A stretch of 64,000 nucleotides of DNA, taken from the IMG/VR virus record IMGVR_UViG_3300025010_000041; one strand, written 5' to 3'. The notes under the pieces are model-generated. The model saw nothing but the letters and a program-made list of their open reading frames with translations, ran no database searches and was not told where the DNA came from. Both the position numbers and the translations under genes were made by a program. Below, piece by piece: positions 59,159 through 64,000 of this stretch. Every line of letters starts with the position of its first letter. The stretch's first letter is position 1. This DNA is from an uncultured virus (IMG/VR IMGVR_UViG_3300025010_000041). Its lineage: Duplodnaviria > Heunggongvirae > Uroviricota > Caudoviricetes.

Positions 59159-60703
59159 ATGCCTGAAACCGACTTTATCGTAAAATCCGTCACGGCAGGA
59201 GACGCCGGTACCGTTCAGGGCGGGGTGATGAGCCTGATTATCCCTCAGATATGGGGGAACATGAACAATATCCCCATTCCGCCGCAGCAGCCCGTTTACT
59301 GGTCGCCGGGGAGCGACGTAGTCTTGCGCGCAACCGTTCACGCCGAGGCCATGTGGGCCGCGGCAGTTGGGATCGCCATTTCACAAACCGCCAGCAAAGC
59401 GTTCGAGATCAAAACCAATCAACCCCGCAAAGCCAAGAAGTTCCAGGAGCTATTCCTGTATGCCGATGGACGCACGGTCGGTTGGGTATCATTCCTCAGC
59501 AAGCACTTACGAGATTTCTTGTGTTCCAATAACGGCGCGTTCGTGGAAATTGTGCGCGCCAACAAGTCCCACGGCAGCGAGATTATCGGTATCCGACACC
59601 TCGATTCGGCGCGCTGTTCCCGCACTGGCGACCCCGATATTCCCCTGCTCTACCGGGATCGAAAGAACAAAGTGCATGAGTTGAAAAACTACCAGTGCAT
59701 GCTGTTTAGTGACATGCCCGACCCCTCCGAAATGTATTATGGCGTTGGGTTATGCGCCGCCGCCCGTTCCTACCCGGCGATCTACAAGCTGGCGACAATG
59801 GAGTGGTACCTGCGCGAGAAAGTCGGCGGGCTGAGACCGCTGGCAATCTATATCGTCAACGGGCTTTTACAGCAGCAGGTCGAAGGCGCGGTCAAGGCCG
59901 CTCAGGAACAGACCGTGGCGAAGGGCCTGGCCGCCTACATGGGAGCGGTCATGGTCGGTATCCCCGGCGACAAATCACCCGAAGTGGCAACCATCCCCCT
60001 GGCTGAGTTACCGGACAGGTTTGACCGCAAAGAAGAATTTGACATTGCCATTCTCACCTATGCGAACAATCTCGGTTTAGACCCGCAAGAGTTGCAACCG
60101 CTATCGGGATCGTCTTTAGGGACAGGTGCGCAGTCTCAGGTCTTGCACGACAAAGCGATGGGTAAGGGCTTAGCCGCCTGGCAGCAGCAGTGGACGCATC
60201 AGGTCAATGAGTTGATCCTGCCCGAAACGGTTATCTGGCAGTTTATCGAGAAAGACATTCGCGACATGAAAGCCCACGCCGATTACGAGAAGGTCAAAGT
60301 TGAGACCGCCAAAGCCGCGGTTGAAGGCGGTATCCTCATGCCCGAACAGGCGGTACAGGTGCTGGTAGACGATGACATTCTGCCGCGCGAGTTCCTGCCC
60401 AAAGACGCCACCGGAGAAGTCACGCTGACCGATACCGACAAACTCAAGCCCGAAGTCAAGCCCGCCGAAGTGGTCGCCGATCCGTTAGCGGAAGCCGACG
60501 CGGCCGCCGAGGCTGAACTTGAAGAAGTGCCTGTGGCTGAGACGCCGGTTGACGCGGAAGCGGAGAAAAAGCAAAAAGAGTGGGAAGTGGGGCTGAAAGA
60601 GGCGAAAGCGATGCTTTCCAAGCGGAAAGTTGAGACGCTCTTTGAGCGGGCGCATTTGAGCGCACGGCTGAAAGCGGGAGTGCGTAAACATGCCAGACGA
60701 TAG
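59159..60703 (+). CDS. Portal protein
   Basis: Follows TerL; DFL..NNGAFVEI.R, HLDS.R, YYGVG; acidic tail. Confidence 0.8.
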   Translation: MPETDFIVKSVTAGDAGTVQGGVMSLIIPQIWGNMNNIPIPPQQPVYWSPGSDVVLRATVHAEAMWAAAVGIAISQTASKAFEIKTNQPRKAKKFQELFLYADGRTVGWVSFLSKHLRDFLCSNNGAFVEIVRANKSHGSEIIGIRHLDSARCSRTGDPDIPLLYRDRKNKVHELKNYQCMLFSDMPDPSEMYYGVGLCAAARSYPAIYKLATMEWYLREKVGGLRPLAIYIVNGLLQQQVEGAVKAAQEQTVAKGLAAYMGAVMVGIPGDKSPEVATIPLAELPDRFDRKEEFDIAILTYANNLGLDPQELQPLSGSSLGTGAQSQVLHDKAMGKGLAAWQQQWTHQVNELILPETVIWQFIEKDIRDMKAHADYEKVKVETAKAAVEGGILMPEQAVQVLVDDDILPREFLPKDATGEVTLTDTDKLKPEVKPAEVVADPLAEADAAAEAELEEVPVAETPVDAEAEKKQKEWEVGLKEAKAMLSKRKVETLFERAHLSARLKAGVRKHARR

Positions 60704-62999
60704 AATTGACCTCGAAGAACTGGAAAGAGACCTCGAAACCGAGATCGGCGCACTCTGGGATAGCGAGACCACCCCCGACGATTTTGGTGAGGCGCTGATG
60801 AAAGCCCTGATCGCCGCCGTGATCGCCGCATATCTCTTGGGCCGCGGGATTGACGAAAACGAGTTGAGCGAGGCCGAAAAAGAGAAGCTGCAAGCCTGGA
60901 TTGACGAGCAACGCGGGTACCTGGCCGGATTTATCGCCGCTATCGAAGCGGGCGAGCGCCCCGGCAATTGGGCCAACCGCGCCGGCATGTACGCAAGCGC
61001 GATTGTCGCCCCGTTCTGGTGGGGTAAAACCTACGGGCTGATCCTGCCCGCTTATCCTGGTGACGGGAGTTCCATCTGCGGTCAAAAATGCGCGTGCGCC
61101 TGGTACGTTGAAGATTTGGGCGACGATAATTACGACGCCTACTGGCGCTTAGGGATCGCGGAACACTGTCCAGACTGTGCAGAGCGGGCGATTCTGTGGG
61201 CGCCGCTGCGTATTCGTCACGGCGAGTACAAAGAGTTTACGCTGAAAGAGCGGATCGACGCAAAGTTCAAGCACCTATCGGGCCGTCACAACCAGAAGCG
61301 GCACGGTTGGAGAGGTCAGGGATTAGACGCCGCCAGGCGCGCTATGAGAAGCGGGGTAAGCGATGACTTCGCCCACGCCACCACGCCGGAAGCGGAGCGG
61401 GACGCCGCAAGAGCTAAGTTTGGCTTGACGCCGCTGGCAAACCGGGCGCAGTTCGAGGCCGCGCAGAAGCGGATCAACGAGGCTAGAGAAAATATTGTCG
61501 GGTTGCGAAAACAACAGGCAGACATTGAAAAAGAGATTGACGCCGCCCGAACCGACACAGATAAGCTAGAGTCCATAACCAAGCGGTGGTCTCAAACCTA
61601 CGACGAAATGATCAAAAAGAACAACGAGTCTTGGGATTTGGAAGGACAGGTTCGGGACTTGCGCCGCAGGGAGGAATTGCCCCCGAAGGTGAAAAAAGCG
61701 TATGATGATGCTATTCGTATAGACCGCCTGATGAGCGACATGGATTCCGAAGTTCGCTACTTGCCATATGATCACCCGAAACGGGAGGCGTACCGTGAAT
61801 TACGAAAGCAATACAGCAAAGCGAACGACGAGGTTGAAAAGTACCGCGGAAGTCTAAACGAAGATGGCAAATGGTACGATGTTGACGGCAACGTTCATAC
61901 ACTCCGAAAACTTCACCCATTAGTTGAAAAATGCAAAGCCGCCCGCGCTGAGAATGAGCGCCTACAACAAGAGGTGGCGAAAATCACCAAAGAAAAAGAG
62001 GCTCTTGATGGATCGTGGCAGCGGGTAAACGAGGGCTATACAAAAGGCAGTGCAGTTAGAACAGCCCTGGAGAAAGCCGAAAACGGCTATGCGAACAGCG
62101 GAGACGCCAAAACCGCCATGCGTTACTTGCGCGCCCAATCTAAACAGTACCGAGAGAAACTTGCTAAAGACATTGAGAAAGTTGCCAAACTGGAGCGCGA
62201 GGCAGACCAGTTACTTAGCGCCCGAACCGAGACTCGCAAAGAAATTGCCAAGAAGTTAGGCAAAGACGAATGGGATAGCGAGGTATTGAATAGTCCGGAT
62301 TACGAGTCTGTTCGGGCAAAGTCTCAGGCTGTGTCTATTGCCCTAAACAAAGAAAGCGCCCAACTAAGCGAATCTTTGCGCAGCACGCTTGCTGCAAAGA
62401 ACCCGCTAAAAGTGGACGTGGATTACGACCAATATCAGGAGTCGCCCGGCGAGACGTATTACACCGCAGAGCGAGTTGCGGAGGCGCGTGTAGGCGGCAT
62501 GGAAAGTATGTCGAAATTAGTTCCCCACAACCCGCTGGTGGCGTCAGAGCGCATTGGCGTCAGAAATCTTGTCAAGCAAAACGAAGATGACCGCGCCCAC
62601 GGATCAAGAGAGGGGATGCACTTGCAGAACAGCGATTCCGCATGGACGGTTGTACACGAAATGGGACACGTTATCGAGGGCCGCGACCCGTTGATTTTGC
62701 GCCAGAGCGTGGCGTTCTTGGGACGCAGGACAAAAGGCTATAAGCAAGAAAAGTTATCCGACCTGAATCCAGGAGCCGGTTATCGAGAAAGCGAGGTGAC
62801 GGTCAAAGACAAGTTTGCCGACGATTATATAGGCAAACAATACTCGTACACAACAATGGGCGGCAAGCGAGTTACCTACGCAACCGAAGTCTTGAGCATG
62901 GGTATTCAGGACTTTTTCCAAAACCCCGCCAGGCTCGCCGCCAAAGACCCGGATATGTTTGATTACATTTTTGCCGTTTTACGGCTGGGGAGCGATTGA
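60690..62999 (+). CDS. MuF-like minor head protein fused to a coiled coil and a C-terminal HExxH metallopeptidase-like domain
   Basis: Position after portal; PGDGSSICGQKCAC and WRLG.AEHCPDC; HLSGRHNQKRHG; HEMGH..E; TEVLSMG. Confidence 0.65.
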   Translation: MPDDRIDLEELERDLETEIGALWDSETTPDDFGEALMKALIAAVIAAYLLGRGIDENELSEAEKEKLQAWIDEQRGYLAGFIAAIEAGERPGNWANRAGMYASAIVAPFWWGKTYGLILPAYPGDGSSICGQKCACAWYVEDLGDDNYDAYWRLGIAEHCPDCAERAILWAPLRIRHGEYKEFTLKERIDAKFKHLSGRHNQKRHGWRGQGLDAARRAMRSGVSDDFAHATTPEAERDAARAKFGLTPLANRAQFEAAQKRINEARENIVGLRKQQADIEKEIDAARTDTDKLESITKRWSQTYDEMIKKNNESWDLEGQVRDLRRREELPPKVKKAYDDAIRIDRLMSDMDSEVRYLPYDHPKREAYRELRKQYSKANDEVEKYRGSLNEDGKWYDVDGNVHTLRKLHPLVEKCKAARAENERLQQEVAKITKEKEALDGSWQRVNEGYTKGSAVRTALEKAENGYANSGDAKTAMRYLRAQSKQYREKLAKDIEKVAKLEREADQLLSARTETRKEIAKKLGKDEWDSEVLNSPDYESVRAKSQAVSIALNKESAQLSESLRSTLAAKNPLKVDVDYDQYQESPGETYYTAERVAEARVGGMESMSKLVPHNPLVASERIGVRNLVKQNEDDRAHGSREGMHLQNSDSAWTVVHEMGHVIEGRDPLILRQSVAFLGRRTKGYKQEKLSDLNPGAGYRESEVTVKDKFADDYIGKQYSYTTMGGKRVTYATEVLSMGIQDFFQNPARLAAKDPDMFDYIFAVLRLGSD

Positions 63000-63274
63000 C
63001 AATGGGCAAGAGACTTGTTTTGCTGGTACATAAGCCCGCAGTGAACCGCGTGGCGATACTCTACGATACCGGTTGGGAAATCAGCCCGCCTGACGCTGAG
63101 TTGGAAAAGAAACTGACCGCGCTTATGCAGTCACCCCTGCCGGACGGTTATCACCCCAATTTCTACGCCGCGAAAGCCGACCAGATCGCCGCCGAAATGG
63201 ACAACGTGCAGGTGCTTGAAGTTGTGCTACCCGCGGCGACGGCTGAGACCGGGAAACGCCAGACGGTCTACTAA
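62996..63274 (+). CDS. Small hypothetical protein coupled to the MuF fusion
   Basis: Overlaps the upstream stop. Confidence 0.65.
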   Translation: MTMGKRLVLLVHKPAVNRVAILYDTGWEISPPDAELEKKLTALMQSPLPDGYHPNFYAAKADQIAAEMDNVQVLEVVLPAATAETGKRQTVY

Positions 63275-63702
63275 TGCGCGCAATCATTCCGACCCGCTTT
63301 CTTACCTCTCCCGTCCGGATCGCCGCCGCAATTGAGTCCGCCCTGGATGAGCAAGCCGACGCACTGCAAGACGATCTGCTCAAGCCGACCCGCACCTGGA
63401 GACGCCGCCCGGCGTTTACGATTATTCGCGCTACCGGTAGGCGGATCGTCCAGACAGACTCACGCATCTACCTCTTTCTGACCCGAGGCACCAGGGTTCG
63501 CTACGCCGTCATGTCGCTTGACTTTATGGCAAAAACCACTCCCAGAGTCTTAGGCGCAGGCCCCGGTAGAGGCGGCATGGTCTTTGTCGGTAAGAAGCCG
63601 CTGCCAGGCATTGAGGCGCGTGAGTTCGAGGAAGTGGCAAGCGAGAATACCAACCGTGACTTTCCGCGGGTGATGAACCGCCATTTAGGGAGCGCACTGT
63701 GA
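63274..63702 (+). CDS. Putative head-tail completion (neck-type) protein
   Basis: Y.FL..GT, PGIEAR.F basic motif pattern. Confidence 0.5.
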   Translation: MRAIIPTRFLTSPVRIAAAIESALDEQADALQDDLLKPTRTWRRRPAFTIIRATGRRIVQTDSRIYLFLTRGTRVRYAVMSLDFMAKTTPRVLGAGPGRGGMVFVGKKPLPGIEAREFEEVASENTNRDFPRVMNRHLGSAL

Positions 63703-63920
63703 ACGAAATCAAGCCATTCCGCTGCAAAGGCTGTCACCTGCCGTTGGGCGATACGGACGGTCTACGGCTGACCATTGGTCGGGCAATCTTCACTCTGCCG
63801 GTCACAATCCTGTGCAAAGACTGTGGCGGCGTGCGAGTTTGGCGCCCTGTGCTTGCCACTGCCCCGGCCCCGGTATTCGTAGAAGCTGAAACCGTAATTG
63901 AGGAAGTACAAGCACAATAA
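63699..63920 (+). CDS. Com-like Zn-ribbon protein
   Basis: FRCKGC..LG ... ILCKDCG. Confidence 0.65.
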   Translation: MNEIKPFRCKGCHLPLGDTDGLRLTIGRAIFTLPVTILCKDCGGVRVWRPVLATAPAPVFVEAETVIEEVQAQ

Positions 63921-63922
63921 TT

Positions 63923-64000
63923 TGTGCTAAAATAAGAGTAGTTAGCGTTCGTGTAGACGAACGGATAATCGCGAAATTGACGACGCGACAGAGGGCAGTT
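63923..64000 (+). promoter_or_regulatory. Extended -10 promoter plus structured leader (truncated by the window)
   Basis: TGTGCTAAAAT; hairpins CGTTCGT/ACGAACG and TCGCG/CGCGA. Confidence 0.5.

Larger units (their letters stand above)
1..64000 (+). mobile_element. Tailed bacteriophage genome segment (late tail/lysis, then early/middle region, then packaging/head genes)
   Basis: TerS-TerL-portal-MuF order at 57-63 kb, tail fibre and endolysin at 0-6 kb, dense co-oriented small ORFs with ATGA/GTGA overlaps, no host housekeeping genes. Confidence 0.97.

Noticed and set aside
1..64000. tRNA, rRNA, IS/transposase or integrase genes
   Set aside because: No cloverleaf, DDE or recombinase motifs recognised by eye; tRNAscan-SE and HMM searches are needed to exclude them fully.

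Overview
The whole window is a tailed-phage (Caudoviricetes) genome segment in which every credible gene is on the + strand. Order: tail/fibre genes (1-5.0 kb); a C39-like peptidase/SH3 endolysin and a MazG-like gene (5.2-6.7 kb); about 49 kb of early/middle genes (more than 100 mostly small, translationally coupled ORFs); then holin-like membrane genes, TerS, TerL, portal and a MuF-like head protein fused to an HExxH domain (56-64 kb). The early region includes a Gp3/RDF-like protein, two SF2 helicases, a primase, three DNA methyltransferases, Mom-like and TGT/DpdA-like modification candidates with a VUT transporter, a macrodomain, HNH and PD-(D/E)xK nucleases, and a lipoprotein-anchored FtsK/TraB-like ATPase with Spd-like membrane proteins. 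I see no integrase, tRNA or CRISPR array. The host is probably Chloroflexota (inference only). The non-coding DNA is highly organised: 13 promoters with a CTTGA box at a fixed distance from the -10, four mosaic AT-rich palindromes, five promoter-hairpin units with anti-Shine-Dalgarno loops (candidate sRNAs), a thrice-repeated GGGCTTCCTGTGG element, and single genes bracketed by exact 13-18 bp direct repeats. All family assignments come from motifs recognised by eye; no database search was run.
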